Origin: Patescibacteria group bacterium
GTDB lineage: Bacteria > Patescibacteriota > Patescibacteriia > Patescibacteriales > UBA12465
Direction of reading: 5' to 3'
Assembly (NCBI GenBank): GCA_028696995.1
Contig: JAQVFY010000001.1
Location: 18,444-82,443, forward strand
Length of the DNA stretch: 64,000 nt
Shown here: one piece after another, positions 48,865 through 58,601 of the stretch
Position numbering within the stretch: the first letter of the stretch is position 1
How the letters are laid out: every line of letters starts with the position of its first letter
The notes under the pieces: model-generated
What the model saw: the letters and a program-made list of their open reading frames with translations, nothing else
Database searches by the model: none
Told to the model about the DNA's origin: nothing
Program-made: the position numbers and the translations under genes

Positions 48865-49470
48865 TTAAAATCTAATTAATTTAATATTATTTATATTTCT
48901 AATATCAATAATCTTTGAAGGCTTTTTCCTAGGACGAAATTTATTGTAACTAACCACAAAATCTGGTTGATATTTTTGATTTCTAAAAAAAGAAATAATT
49001 TCTTTCAAATTACTAATTTCTGCTTCACCACTCAAATTACAACTAGTTGAAACTAAAGGAGTGTTAATTGACTTTATTATTTTAATCAAAAAATCATTTT
49101 TTGGCAAACGCACAGCTAAACCATGGGAGTTTTTAATATTTAAAATTTTTTGAATTTCTTTTTTAGGTCTTAATATAAAAGTACTAGGATAAAAATCATC
49201 ACTCAACCAAACATCCTTTAAAATAATCTTCTGCTCCTTAGATACTAAAAAATATTTTTCCAGCATCACAAAATCACTAATTAAAACAACCAAAAGCTTA
49301 TGGCGAGGCCTATTCTTTATTCTATAGATCTTCTCAATAGCTTCTTTTTTATTAACAGAACAACTTAAGCCATAAATAGTATCACTTAAAATAACTCCAA
49401 CCTGACCATCCTGAAATCTCTTTATTATTTCCCCTACCCTTAAATTATTTCTAAGCTTAATTAAAATCAT
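48865..49470 (-). CDS. tsaC: Threonylcarbamoyl-AMP synthase (Sua5/YrdC)
   Basis: DTIYGL, KNRP, AVRLP, STSCNLSG, PSKIID. Confidence 0.8.
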   Translation of the reverse strand: MILIKLRNNLRVGEIIKRFQDGQVGVILSDTIYGLSCSVNKKEAIEKIYRIKNRPRHKLLVVLISDFVMLEKYFLVSKEQKIILKDVWLSDDFYPSTFILRPKKEIQKILNIKNSHGLAVRLPKNDFLIKIIKSINTPLVSTSCNLSGEAEISNLKEIISFFRNQKYQPDFVVSYNKFRPRKKPSKIIDIRNINNIKLIRF

Positions 49471-49476
49471 AAAAAA

Positions 49477-49995
49477 TTAAATAATCACCGATTCTAAAAA
49501 TTTCAAAGCATCTGGGACCAAGGGACTAGCCCAATTAACTCCCCTCATAAGAATCGGGGCTAAGTCAGAACCAACCATAATAGAGCTCAAAAAATCATTC
49601 ATAGGAGCATAACGAGAAGAAACATAAATAATTATTCCCAATAAAAATAATCCTTGAATTAAACCCAAAAGACCACCCAAAGATCTATTCATAAAAGAAA
49701 TAACCGGCAAAGAACTAATTAAATGTAAAATCTTACCAATAAATTTAAAAACTATTCCCAATAAATAATTAACAATTATCAAAACAATCACAAAAGAAGT
49801 TATTTTTATCCAGATTTCAGAAATAAAATTAATAAAAGACAGGATTTCACTTAAATAAAGATAAATATTTAAGGATATTATTATGGCCAAAATAGTAGAA
49901 ACAAGATTTAAAATCATTCGAACTAAGCCTAAATAAAATCCATAAATTATAAAAATCCCTAAAAGACCCAAGAGAACTAAATCAAAAATAGGCAT
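49477..49995 (-). CDS. CvpA-family membrane protein
   Basis: D..GFYLGLV N-terminus and NRSLGGLLG motif. Confidence 0.75.
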   Translation of the reverse strand: MPIFDLVLLGLLGIFIIYGFYLGLVRMILNLVSTILAIIISLNIYLYLSEILSFINFISEIWIKITSFVIVLIIVNYLLGIVFKFIGKILHLISSLPVISFMNRSLGGLLGLIQGLFLLGIIIYVSSRYAPMNDFLSSIMVGSDLAPILMRGVNWASPLVPDALKFLESVII

Positions 49996-49999
49996 ATTT

Positions 50000-51466
50000 T
50001 TAATTGATTAATCGAGGAAACAAAATCTCCCCTTTAATTATTTTATTAGAATTAAATTGTTTAATAATTTTATCAGCACTAACAGGAATAAAAGGAAAAA
50101 TTAAAACTGCAATTAAAAGAATATTCTCACTAGCGATTTGCAAAACCTTATCTCGATCTTCTCCTGCTTCCATTTTCCAGGGAGCTTTTTGACTCAAAAA
50201 TTCATCAGTTTCTTTAACTTTAGAGATTATTAAAGATAAAACTTCATTTAGCTTATAATCTTCCATTTTTTTGTCGAAATTTATTAGAAAATTATTATTC
50301 TTCCAAGTCTCTGGAATTAAAGGATTTTCTCCTTGATAATTTATTTTTTCCAAATTTATAGAAGTAGAAAATTTTTCTATTAAATTAGAAACTCGAGCTG
50401 TCAAATTTCCAAGTCCATTCATCAAATCAGAGGTGTATAATTTTTCTAATTTCTCATACGAAAAATCACCATCCTCAAAAGTAGAAATTTCTTTAGCTAA
50501 ATAATAACGAATTACATCGGAAGGATATTTTTCGATTAACTCTAGAAGATTAATAACATTACCAGTGCTTTTACTAATTTTTTGGCCATTGATAGTTAAA
50601 AAACCAAAAACCAAAATATTTTTTGATATCGGTATGCCCGCGGACATCAACATAGCAGTCCACATAGCAGTTTGTGGCCTAAGGTTATCTTTACCACAAA
50701 CCTGAATTCCAGGCCAAAAAGCAGAAAAATTTTCTAAATTATCTGGCCAACCCAAGCAAGAAATATAATTTATCAGAGCATCAAACCAAACATAAATAAC
50801 TTGACTATCATCTCCCGGAACCCCAATTCCCCAAGGCATTTTATCCTTAAGACGAGAAATAGAAAAATCATTTAAGCCAGATTTAACAAAGCTAATGATT
50901 TCATTATAACGACCAACCGGATAAACAAAATCAGGATGATCTTGATAAAATTTTAATATTTTTTTCTGATAATTAGAAAATTTAAAAAAATAATTTTCTT
51001 CTTCAATTATTTCTATCTTTTGATTAGGATGAAAAGGACAAAATCCATTTTTTAACTCTGAATCAGTTTTTTCCATTTCACATCCCACACAATATTTAGT
51101 TTTATATTTCTTCTTATAAATATCACCATTTTTTTGACAAATTTCCCAAAATTTCTGAACAGCTTTAATATGCTGAACATCGGTAGTTCTAATAAAATTA
51201 TTAAAACTTAAATTCAAATGACTTTTAAGCTCTAAAAATTTTTCTGAATATTGACGACAATAATCCAAAACATCAATTCCTAACTCTTCAGCTTTTTGAT
51301 AAATTTTTTTACCATGCTCATCAGTCCCGGTATTAAAAAAGACCTCATAACCCCGTTGACGCTTATATCGAGCTATAATATCAGCATTTATTATCTCCTT
51401 AGCAAATCCTAAATGAGGATCAGAATTAACATAAGGTAAAGTTGTGGTAATATAAAACTTATTCAT
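50000..51466 (-). CDS. metG: Methionyl-tRNA synthetase (short form)
   Basis: TTLPYVN..HLG, GTDEHG, YVWFDAL, KISKS. Confidence 0.95.
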   Translation of the reverse strand: MNKFYITTTLPYVNSDPHLGFAKEIINADIIARYKRQRGYEVFFNTGTDEHGKKIYQKAEELGIDVLDYCRQYSEKFLELKSHLNLSFNNFIRTTDVQHIKAVQKFWEICQKNGDIYKKKYKTKYCVGCEMEKTDSELKNGFCPFHPNQKIEIIEEENYFFKFSNYQKKILKFYQDHPDFVYPVGRYNEIISFVKSGLNDFSISRLKDKMPWGIGVPGDDSQVIYVWFDALINYISCLGWPDNLENFSAFWPGIQVCGKDNLRPQTAMWTAMLMSAGIPISKNILVFGFLTINGQKISKSTGNVINLLELIEKYPSDVIRYYLAKEISTFEDGDFSYEKLEKLYTSDLMNGLGNLTARVSNLIEKFSTSINLEKINYQGENPLIPETWKNNNFLINFDKKMEDYKLNEVLSLIISKVKETDEFLSQKAPWKMEAGEDRDKVLQIASENILLIAVLIFPFIPVSADKIIKQFNSNKIIKGEILFPRLIN

Positions 51467-51477
51467 AAAAACAAAAA

Positions 51478-52146
51478 TTAATAAATAATAATAGTGAACT
51501 CCCCTTTTAGGGCATTTTTATCCTGTTCAAATATTTTATACAACTCTTCAAGAGAATCTTCGTAAAAAGTATAATGTAATTTAGTTAATTCTCGAAAAAC
51601 TATTATTTTTTTTGAAAAATTCAAAGCTTGTAATTCAGAAATTAACCTTAAAAAACGATGTTTAGACTCATAAAAAACAACTGGATACTTATGGTCTAAA
51701 ATCTCCTTAATCATAGAAAGGCGTCCCTTTTTATGAGGTAAAAAACCAAAAAAAGTAAATTTATCAGCTTTTATTCCTGAAACTGATAAGGCGCTAATAA
51801 TAGCCGAAGGCCCAGGAATGGGCTCAATATTAATATCCGGTCTCTTTGTTCTAATAAATTTAACCAACTCTCCACCCGGATCAGAGATATTAGGTGTTCC
51901 GGCATCACTTATCAAAGCTAGAGACTGACCAGAGTCTAAAAGACTTAAAACTTGATTATACTTTCCTTCCTTAGAGTGATGATGAAAAGATATTAATGTT
52001 TTTTTTATCTTATAATAATCCAGCAATTTTCGACTAACCCGAGTGTCCTCACATAAAATAGAATCAACTTCATTTAAAATTCTAATAGCCCGAAAACTAA
52101 TATCCTCTAAATTGCCGATAGGTGTAGCTACTATGTATAAACTCAT
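51478..52146 (-). CDS. rsmI: 16S rRNA C1402 2'-O-methyltransferase
   Basis: VATPIGNLEDIS, CEDTR, SDAGTP.ISDPG, RELTK. Confidence 0.93.
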   Translation of the reverse strand: MSLYIVATPIGNLEDISFRAIRILNEVDSILCEDTRVSRKLLDYYKIKKTLISFHHHSKEGKYNQVLSLLDSGQSLALISDAGTPNISDPGGELVKFIRTKRPDINIEPIPGPSAIISALSVSGIKADKFTFFGFLPHKKGRLSMIKEILDHKYPVVFYESKHRFLRLISELQALNFSKKIIVFRELTKLHYTFYEDSLEELYKIFEQDKNALKGEFTIIIY

Positions 52147-52150
52147 ATAA

Positions 52151-53851
52151 TTAATTAACCAGATCTTCCTTTCTCTCCCTAATATATTTCATCCAATCAT
52201 CAAAAACTTCTACGAAAACCTTAAAGGGGGCCTCAATAATAAAATCTAAAATAAACACGAAAATATTAACTCGGGAAGCACTGTTAGATAAAAATTTACC
52301 AACAGCAATAATTGGAGTATAAAAGAAATCAAATAAAAAGTTAAAAAGATTGTCCTTTGATTCTACTATAATAAACTTTTTAATATCGCGCTTAATGCGA
52401 AAACTAAAAAAACTAACAAACATTAAAAAGAATAAGAAAATAGTAATATTAACCCAATTAAAACCAACAAAATTTAAAAATTTAATAACAAAATAAATAG
52501 TGACGGAAAAACCGGCTAAATATAGAATGTTAAAAATAGCGTCAATAAAAAAACTTCTTTTGGGCGGTTTCCTGAGTATGATAGCGTTTTTACGCCGTTT
52601 TTCATCATAAACAATTTCCTCCACTCCGCTTATTATCTTTTTGGTATTTTCTTGAGCTGGAGCCCAAGTAAACAGTATCATTACAAACAATAAGAAGGCC
52701 GGGAAAGAAACATTGATTGCTAAAGTAAAGATATTAATCTCTTCGCCAAACCACTTAATAGCCGGGATCTCTAATAAGAAAACAAAAATAGACTTAGTCA
52801 AAAATATATAAATAATACTTCTGACACCTGAGCTCCATAATTTATTTTTAATCTTCTTATATCTTCGCTCACAAGTTTCTTTTATTAAATTAATAAAAGC
52901 CTTGTAATTATTGAGGGCTTGATCATATATTTTAATAGGATTTTCCTCAATAACTTCTTGTAAAATTGAAAAATAGAGAGAATAAGATTTTATTATTTTA
53001 TCCAACTGCTTGCCTAAAGGATGGTCTAATTGCTGAGAAACAACCAAGCGAAGAACATCTATTTTTTCAGCTAAAACAGCGATGCCTCGATCATCAATCT
53101 TGGCCCAATCTTTATTATAATATTTAAACAAAATAAAGGATAATAAATCGGTATCAAAATTAAGATAATTTCGGGCTATTCCTAAATATATTTGAATATC
53201 CAAATCTTTTTCATGAGGTAAATCTTTAGGTAATTTTATATTATCCTTAAGTACATCAAACATGTCTATAATAATTTCTTGCTTAACTTTATCTTTGGTC
53301 AAACTATCTTCAACTTCTGAAGCAGCCAAGGAGATAATCCAATTGGAAAGATTTTTCTGGTCTTTTTTACTTCTTTTTTTATTCCCTTTTGTTTTACGGG
53401 AAAAATTAAATAATAAATTTTCTTTTTTAAAACAAAAATCTTTTAATTTTATATACTTCTCTAAAATATCTCCAATTTCAATAATTTTTTTATCTGAAAC
53501 AGAATTAGCATTAATATAACCAGCTTGTATCAATTCTGTTAATAAGTGAATGGAGAGCTCTTGACTTTTTACATCCTTAATAATGCCTTCAATTAAAATT
53601 TGTCTTTTAAAAATTCTTTTAATAGCATTTTTTCTAAGGAGATGATCATCTTCGTAATCAACAGCATTTCTTATTTTCTCATAAACAAAAGCTAACTTAG
53701 AAACCATTGCCGAAACGGCTATTTTAGAGGTTCCCTCTTCTGTCTTTTTAAGATTGTTTTTTTTAATATAAATCAACTGAAAAAGCTTCTTAGCCCCAAT
53801 ATTGAGACTTAATTGACCTTCTTTCTTTTTATTTAAATAAGGACTAACCAT
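52151..53851 (-). CDS. Conserved hypothetical polytopic membrane protein
   Basis: Long ORF; YEKIRNAVDY..HLLRKNAI N-terminal motif; C-terminal TMs. Confidence 0.7.
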   Translation of the reverse strand: MVSPYLNKKKEGQLSLNIGAKKLFQLIYIKKNNLKKTEEGTSKIAVSAMVSKLAFVYEKIRNAVDYEDDHLLRKNAIKRIFKRQILIEGIIKDVKSQELSIHLLTELIQAGYINANSVSDKKIIEIGDILEKYIKLKDFCFKKENLLFNFSRKTKGNKKRSKKDQKNLSNWIISLAASEVEDSLTKDKVKQEIIIDMFDVLKDNIKLPKDLPHEKDLDIQIYLGIARNYLNFDTDLLSFILFKYYNKDWAKIDDRGIAVLAEKIDVLRLVVSQQLDHPLGKQLDKIIKSYSLYFSILQEVIEENPIKIYDQALNNYKAFINLIKETCERRYKKIKNKLWSSGVRSIIYIFLTKSIFVFLLEIPAIKWFGEEINIFTLAINVSFPAFLLFVMILFTWAPAQENTKKIISGVEEIVYDEKRRKNAIILRKPPKRSFFIDAIFNILYLAGFSVTIYFVIKFLNFVGFNWVNITIFLFFLMFVSFFSFRIKRDIKKFIIVESKDNLFNFLFDFFYTPIIAVGKFLSNSASRVNIFVFILDFIIEAPFKVFVEVFDDWMKYIRERKEDLVN

Positions 53852-54003
53852 ATAAATTAATTAAAAAATAAATAAAAATTTACTAAAACTCATAAGGATA
53901 TAATACAATAAAAAAAATAAAAAATCAATTTCTTGACATTTGATGATAAATTTATTAATATGTAAGCATAGCCGTGGGGCTGTTTTTAATTTAATTTAAA
54001 GAT

Positions 54004-54189
54004 ATGGGAAAAATTAGCAAGTATGTAAAAGAGTCAATAATAGAGCTTAAAAAAGTAACTTGGCCCACTAAAAAAGAAACTTATCGCTATACCCTTTTGG
54101 TTATTGGCTTAAGTTTATCAGTGGCTGCTTTTTTAGGAGCCCTAGATTTTATTTTTAATCTAGGACTAGAGACTTTAATTACAAAATAA
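54004..54189 (+). CDS. secE: Preprotein translocase SecE
   Basis: ELKKVTWP motif plus TM; upstream of nusG. Confidence 0.92.
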   Translation: MGKISKYVKESIIELKKVTWPTKKETYRYTLLVIGLSLSVAAFLGALDFIFNLGLETLITK

Positions 54190-54200
54190 AATAAATTAAT

Positions 54201-54746
54201 ATGGCAAAACAAAACTTAAACCAAGGGCGACGCTGGTACGTTCTTCACACTTATTCTGGATATGAAGAAAATGTTGCTCACAATTTAAAACAAAGAATCG
54301 AGACCTTAGATGCCAGCGACAAGATTTTTAATGTTTTAGTCCCAATTGAAAAAAAAATAAAAATAAAGAATGGTAAAAGAAAAGTAGTAGAAGAAAAAAT
54401 ATTTCCTGGTTACGTTCTAGTAGAAATGATTGTAACTGATGAATCTTGGTATATAGTCAGAAATACCCCTAACGTCACTGGATTTATTGGAGTAGGAACT
54501 ACCCCCACCCCAATTAGTGAAAAAGAAGTTCAATCCCTAATGAAAAGAATGGGAGTAGAAGAACCAAAATTTAAAATTGATATAGAGGTGGGAGAGGTTG
54601 TTAAAATAAATGATGGTCCATTCAAAAACTTCGAAGGAAAAGTAACGAACATCGACGAAGCTAAGGGAAAAATAAAAGTAAGCGTTTCCATGTTTGGTCG
54701 AGAAACTCCAGTTGAATTAGATTTTTTACAAATTAAAAAAATATAA
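54201..54746 (+). CDS. nusG: Transcription factor NusG
   Basis: WYVLHTYSGYE, FPGYVLV, KOW domain, FGRETPVEL. Confidence 0.97.
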   Translation: MAKQNLNQGRRWYVLHTYSGYEENVAHNLKQRIETLDASDKIFNVLVPIEKKIKIKNGKRKVVEEKIFPGYVLVEMIVTDESWYIVRNTPNVTGFIGVGTTPTPISEKEVQSLMKRMGVEEPKFKIDIEVGEVVKINDGPFKNFEGKVTNIDEAKGKIKVSVSMFGRETPVELDFLQIKKI

Positions 54747-54809
54747 ATAAAAATGATTTGAGAATAATTTTAAATATTATTCGCTTCTTCAAATTATTTA
54801 AGAATTAAT

Positions 54810-55232
54810 ATGGCTAAAAAATTATTAACTAAAATAAAATTACAAATCCCAGCTGGACAGGCAAATCCCGCCCCTCCAGTAGGTCCAGCCCTAGGACAAC
54901 ATGGATTAAACATCCAAGATTTTTGTTCTAAATTTAACGATGCTAGTCGCGATCGCATGGGAGAGGTTGTTCCAGTAGAAATCAATGTCTATGAAGACAA
55001 AACTTTTGACTTTATTATGAAGGTTTCCCCTGCTTCTGAACTTATTAAAAAATATGCTAAAATTCAAAAAGGTTCCGGCAAAGCACTTAGCCAAAAAGTT
55101 GGATCTTTAACTAAAGAACAATTAGAGGAAATAGCTAAGGTAAAAATGCCAGATCTAAACACCGACAACCTAGATCAAGCTATGAAAATAATTGCTGGGA
55201 CGGCCAGACAAATGGGTATAGAAATAAAATAA
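54810..55232 (+). CDS. rplK: 50S ribosomal protein L11
   Basis: [27 protein letters not shown]. Confidence 0.97.
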   Translation: MAKKLLTKIKLQIPAGQANPAPPVGPALGQHGLNIQDFCSKFNDASRDRMGEVVPVEINVYEDKTFDFIMKVSPASELIKKYAKIQKGSGKALSQKVGSLTKEQLEEIAKVKMPDLNTDNLDQAMKIIAGTARQMGIEIK

Positions 55233-55249
55233 AAATTAAAAATAAAAAT

Positions 55250-55792
55250 ATGCCAAGCATAGAAAGCTTAAAAGATTATAAGCAAATCGAAGAAAATCCC
55301 GACAAAGAAGACAATCCTTTTTTACCTAAAGAAGGAGATATTATGCTAAATGAACTAAACGATAAAGATAGAATAATTTTGCAAAAAAAATTAACAGATT
55401 TATCAACTTCAAAAAAATCTTTATATTTAAATTATAGTGATAATAATAAAAGATTAGAAGATTTAAATAGCTTTCAAGAAAAATTAAATGATTTAATTCT
55501 CTATATTGAAAATATTTATATTTTGATAAAAGGAGGACAAGAAATAAAAAATATTAATGAATTAGATATAGAAAAAATTAAATTAGATAAAAAATCATTA
55601 TCAAATTTTAATTTGGAAATTGATTTTAATAAAATAGATGATTTTACCTATGCTAGCAGAAAAAGTTTATTAAGTTTATTTTCAGCTTGTGAAAACTTAA
55701 GAAAAAAAATAATAATAAAAGAAAAAGAACTTACTAAATTAACTATAAAAAACGATTTTGATAAAAAAGAAATAAAGAAAGAAGCTGCTTAA
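55250..55792 (+). CDS. Hypothetical protein between rplK and rplA
   Basis: 180-aa open frame in operon orientation, very AT-rich, charged/coiled. Confidence 0.55.
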   Translation: MPSIESLKDYKQIEENPDKEDNPFLPKEGDIMLNELNDKDRIILQKKLTDLSTSKKSLYLNYSDNNKRLEDLNSFQEKLNDLILYIENIYILIKGGQEIKNINELDIEKIKLDKKSLSNFNLEIDFNKIDDFTYASRKSLLSLFSACENLRKKIIIKEKELTKLTIKNDFDKKEIKKEAA

Positions 55793-55842
55793 TAATATAA
55801 TAATATCAAGATAATAAATTAATTTATATTAATTATAATTTA

Positions 55843-55889
55843 AATGGTGGGAGAAAATATTTCTTTGTAAATTTTTCGCCATTACCACT
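55843..55889 (+). promoter_or_regulatory. Probable L1-binding autoregulatory leader
   Basis: GTGGGAG..ACCAC stem with an internal loop directly before the rplA ATG, as in known L1 operators. Confidence 0.55.
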
Positions 55890-55895
55890 AAAAAC

Positions 55896-56543
55896 ATGGA
55901 ATTCGATAAAAACAAAAATTATTCAATTGCTGAAGCTATTGAACTATGTCAAAAATTAAAAAAGACTAAATTTGACCCTTCAATTGAAGCTCATTTTCGT
56001 TTAGGAATTGACCCTAAAAAAGGAGATCAACAGGTTCGTTCCGCTGTTAGTTTACCTCATGGAACAGGTAAAACTGTTAAAATAGCAGCCTTTGTTTCTC
56101 CAGAAAAAGAAAAGGCCGTAAAAGAAGCTGGCGCTGATTTAGTCGGAGGAGATGATTTAATAGAAGAAATTAAAAAAACAGAGAAAACAGATTTTCAAAT
56201 AGCCATTGCTGATATGGAAATGATGAAAAATTTAGCTAAAATTGCTAAGATTTTAGGTACTAGAGGCCTAATGCCTTCACCTAAGAACGAAACAGTAACC
56301 AATAACCCTGCCAAGGCCGTGGAAGAGCTTAAAAAGGGCAAAATTAGCTTTAAAAACGACGATACTGGCAATGTTCACTCTATAATTGGAAAAGCTAGTT
56401 TTGAGGCTATTAAGCTCGTAGAAAACCTAAATACCCTAATAGAGGCTATTAAAAAAGCTAAGCCAACATCTTCTAAAGGAGTTTATATTAAAAGCTTGAC
56501 CATCAACTCCACTATGGGACCAGGAATAAAAATTTCTCTATAA
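55896..56543 (+). CDS. rplA: 50S ribosomal protein L1
   Basis: KFD, LGIDP, LPHGTGK, LG.RGLMP.PK, STMGPG. Confidence 0.97.
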   Translation: MEFDKNKNYSIAEAIELCQKLKKTKFDPSIEAHFRLGIDPKKGDQQVRSAVSLPHGTGKTVKIAAFVSPEKEKAVKEAGADLVGGDDLIEEIKKTEKTDFQIAIADMEMMKNLAKIAKILGTRGLMPSPKNETVTNNPAKAVEELKKGKISFKNDDTGNVHSIIGKASFEAIKLVENLNTLIEAIKKAKPTSSKGVYIKSLTINSTMGPGIKISL

Positions 56544-56623
56544 TCTACCTAAAAAATATAGCTATCAAAAAAGAACTTTCAAGTTCTTTTTTGTTTATTT
56601 AATCTTTATTTTTTTAATTAAGT

Positions 56624-57421
56624 TTAGGTATATAAAAACAAAAAAATAATCACTCCTAAAATAATTCTATACCAAGCAAAAACTCTAAAATCATTTTTCT
56701 TAATAAATTTTAATAAAAATTTAATACTAAACCAAGCAACTATAAAGGACACGATAAATCCAATTATTAAAAAAATTAAATCGTTAAAACTAAAATTAAA
56801 ACCAGTTTTAATCAAGTCCAAGGAAGAAGCTGCCAGCATTGTTGGAATAGCTAATAAAAAAGAAAATTCTACTATTGCCAAACGAGAGATACCCATAGAT
56901 AATCCTCCTAAAATAGTAGCAGCGGAACGAGAAACCCCTGGAATCATAGCTAAAGCTTGAAATATACCAATAAAAAAACATTGCTGATAAGAAATATCTT
57001 TAATATCTTTAATATCGACAACATCAGTTGCCTCCCCCATCTTTCTGATATACCTCTTTTCTAAAAATAACATTATAACACCACCTAAAAACAAGGCTAA
57101 GGCAATAATATCCAAGCTTTCTTGTAAAAAATTTTTTACTATTTTATAAAAAAGCAATCCTAAAATAGCGGTGGGAATAAAGGCTATTATTATTTTCTTA
57201 ATATTTTCCCAGCTTGACCAGATTTTTTTCCAATACAAAATAATTACTGCCAAAATAGAGGCAAATTGAATAATAATGATAAAGCTCTTTATGAATTCGG
57301 AAAAATCTAGTTTTAATAAATTAACACTCAAAATTAAATGAGCGGTTGATGAAATGGGGAGAAATTCAGTGAAACCCTGAACAATTCCTAGTATAATGCT
57401 TTTTAGAAAATATATAATCAT
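56624..57421 (-). CDS. uppP: Undecaprenyl-diphosphatase
   Basis: QGFTEFLPISSTAHL, PGVSRS, FSFLLAIP. Confidence 0.93.
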   Translation of the reverse strand: MIIYFLKSIILGIVQGFTEFLPISSTAHLILSVNLLKLDFSEFIKSFIIIIQFASILAVIILYWKKIWSSWENIKKIIIAFIPTAILGLLFYKIVKNFLQESLDIIALALFLGGVIMLFLEKRYIRKMGEATDVVDIKDIKDISYQQCFFIGIFQALAMIPGVSRSAATILGGLSMGISRLAIVEFSFLLAIPTMLAASSLDLIKTGFNFSFNDLIFLIIGFIVSFIVAWFSIKFLLKFIKKNDFRVFAWYRIILGVIIFLFLYT

Positions 57422-57491
57422 GGATTTGGAGTAATTTTAAAATTATTTTTAAATCGTCTGTATTACTTTTTATACGATCGCGACTAGCAAA

Positions 57492-58556
57492 CTAATCTTG
57501 AAGGCAACGAACCGGGAAACCGTAAGCCTGACTGCCACTGCTAACGTAAACTCCAACACTATTATAACTGAGGCCACGGTACCAAGCATTAGGATTATTG
57601 ACTGAAGATGACCAAAAGTAAACGTCATTAGCAACATCACTAAAAGAGCCAACAGTATTGCGGTAGCCGGCTGGTAAAGCTGTAAACCCAGATTCATTGG
57701 TAGCTCCGGTGTTAGGAGATGTCCAAAGAGTAGTTCCTGTTTGCTTCATTTTTCCTCCGGCCACTGTTGTTCCTCCTAGATAAGTAGTTAATATGGTCCA
57801 TTCAGCATCAGTTGGCACATGCCAATCAGTCGGACAAATATTTACTTGATCAACGGCAAAGAAGTTATATAATACTCCGTAAGTAGTATAATTATCTTGA
57901 GCCTTAGCTGTAGGAACATCGCTACCATCATAGCCATAAACTCCATAACCAGGTAGAGAACTTCCTCCTTGAGTATAAAATTGAGAATTACTATGAACGG
58001 ATGGTAAATAGGCTAGATTCTCCGCCATCCAACATTGAGTATCAATTTCAACTGTAGTATAAACATTAGAATCTCTAGAATCGGTTAAATTATCTCCACA
58101 GGCCCAAGGAACAGGTGGAGTAGTAGCAACTATACCACTAGGACTAGCTAATTTTAATCCCTCGTTTAATCCACCAACTCCTGAACCAGTACAGAATTCT
58201 ATAGTATAAGTTATTCCGTCTGATGAGGTATAGGTATATTCATTCTCTTCATCACTACAATCACCATCGGCTGGAGTGGGTGCTGTTGGGATTATAGCCA
58301 TATAGGTATTTGATCCTGTGGCAATAGATTCGTCTATTTCTCCAGTTAATGGGTAAGATCCAATATCGTTATAATATAGTTCTAGAGCTGTTTGTATTTG
58401 TTTAACATCGGCCATTCTTTTGGCATCCCTAGCATTTTTTCTGGCATTTTGTAGAGCAACTACAGCTAGAGTGGCAAGTATTCCGATAATTGCTATTACG
58501 ACTAATAACTCAATTAAAGTAAAACCTTTTTTTCTTGATTTTATAATATTCATCAT
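57492..58556 (-). CDS. Type IV pilin/pseudopilin N-terminus fused to a FISUMP (Fibrobacter succinogenes major paralogous) domain
   Basis: KKG|FTLIELLVVIAIIGILA prepilin motif, ARDAKRMAD; DSRD..Y.TV.I..QCWMAENL, YGVLYN, CP..WHVPT..EW, C-terminal GFPVRC. Confidence 0.85.
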   Translation of the reverse strand: MMNIIKSRKKGFTLIELLVVIAIIGILATLAVVALQNARKNARDAKRMADVKQIQTALELYYNDIGSYPLTGEIDESIATGSNTYMAIIPTAPTPADGDCSDEENEYTYTSSDGITYTIEFCTGSGVGGLNEGLKLASPSGIVATTPPVPWACGDNLTDSRDSNVYTTVEIDTQCWMAENLAYLPSVHSNSQFYTQGGSSLPGYGVYGYDGSDVPTAKAQDNYTTYGVLYNFFAVDQVNICPTDWHVPTDAEWTILTTYLGGTTVAGGKMKQTGTTLWTSPNTGATNESGFTALPAGYRNTVGSFSDVANDVYFWSSSVNNPNAWYRGLSYNSVGVYVSSGSQAYGFPVRCLQD

Positions 58557-58601
58557 TTTTTTAAGAAGTTTTGACGACAAAGCTTTCTAAAATTAAAAGT
58601 T

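Noticed and set aside
57475-57489. 15-nt exact inverted match to the rplK coding sequence (54941-54955, TGCTAGTCGCGATCG)
   Set aside because: A single 15-mer match within 64 kb can arise by chance; it does not extend and no mechanism is apparent.
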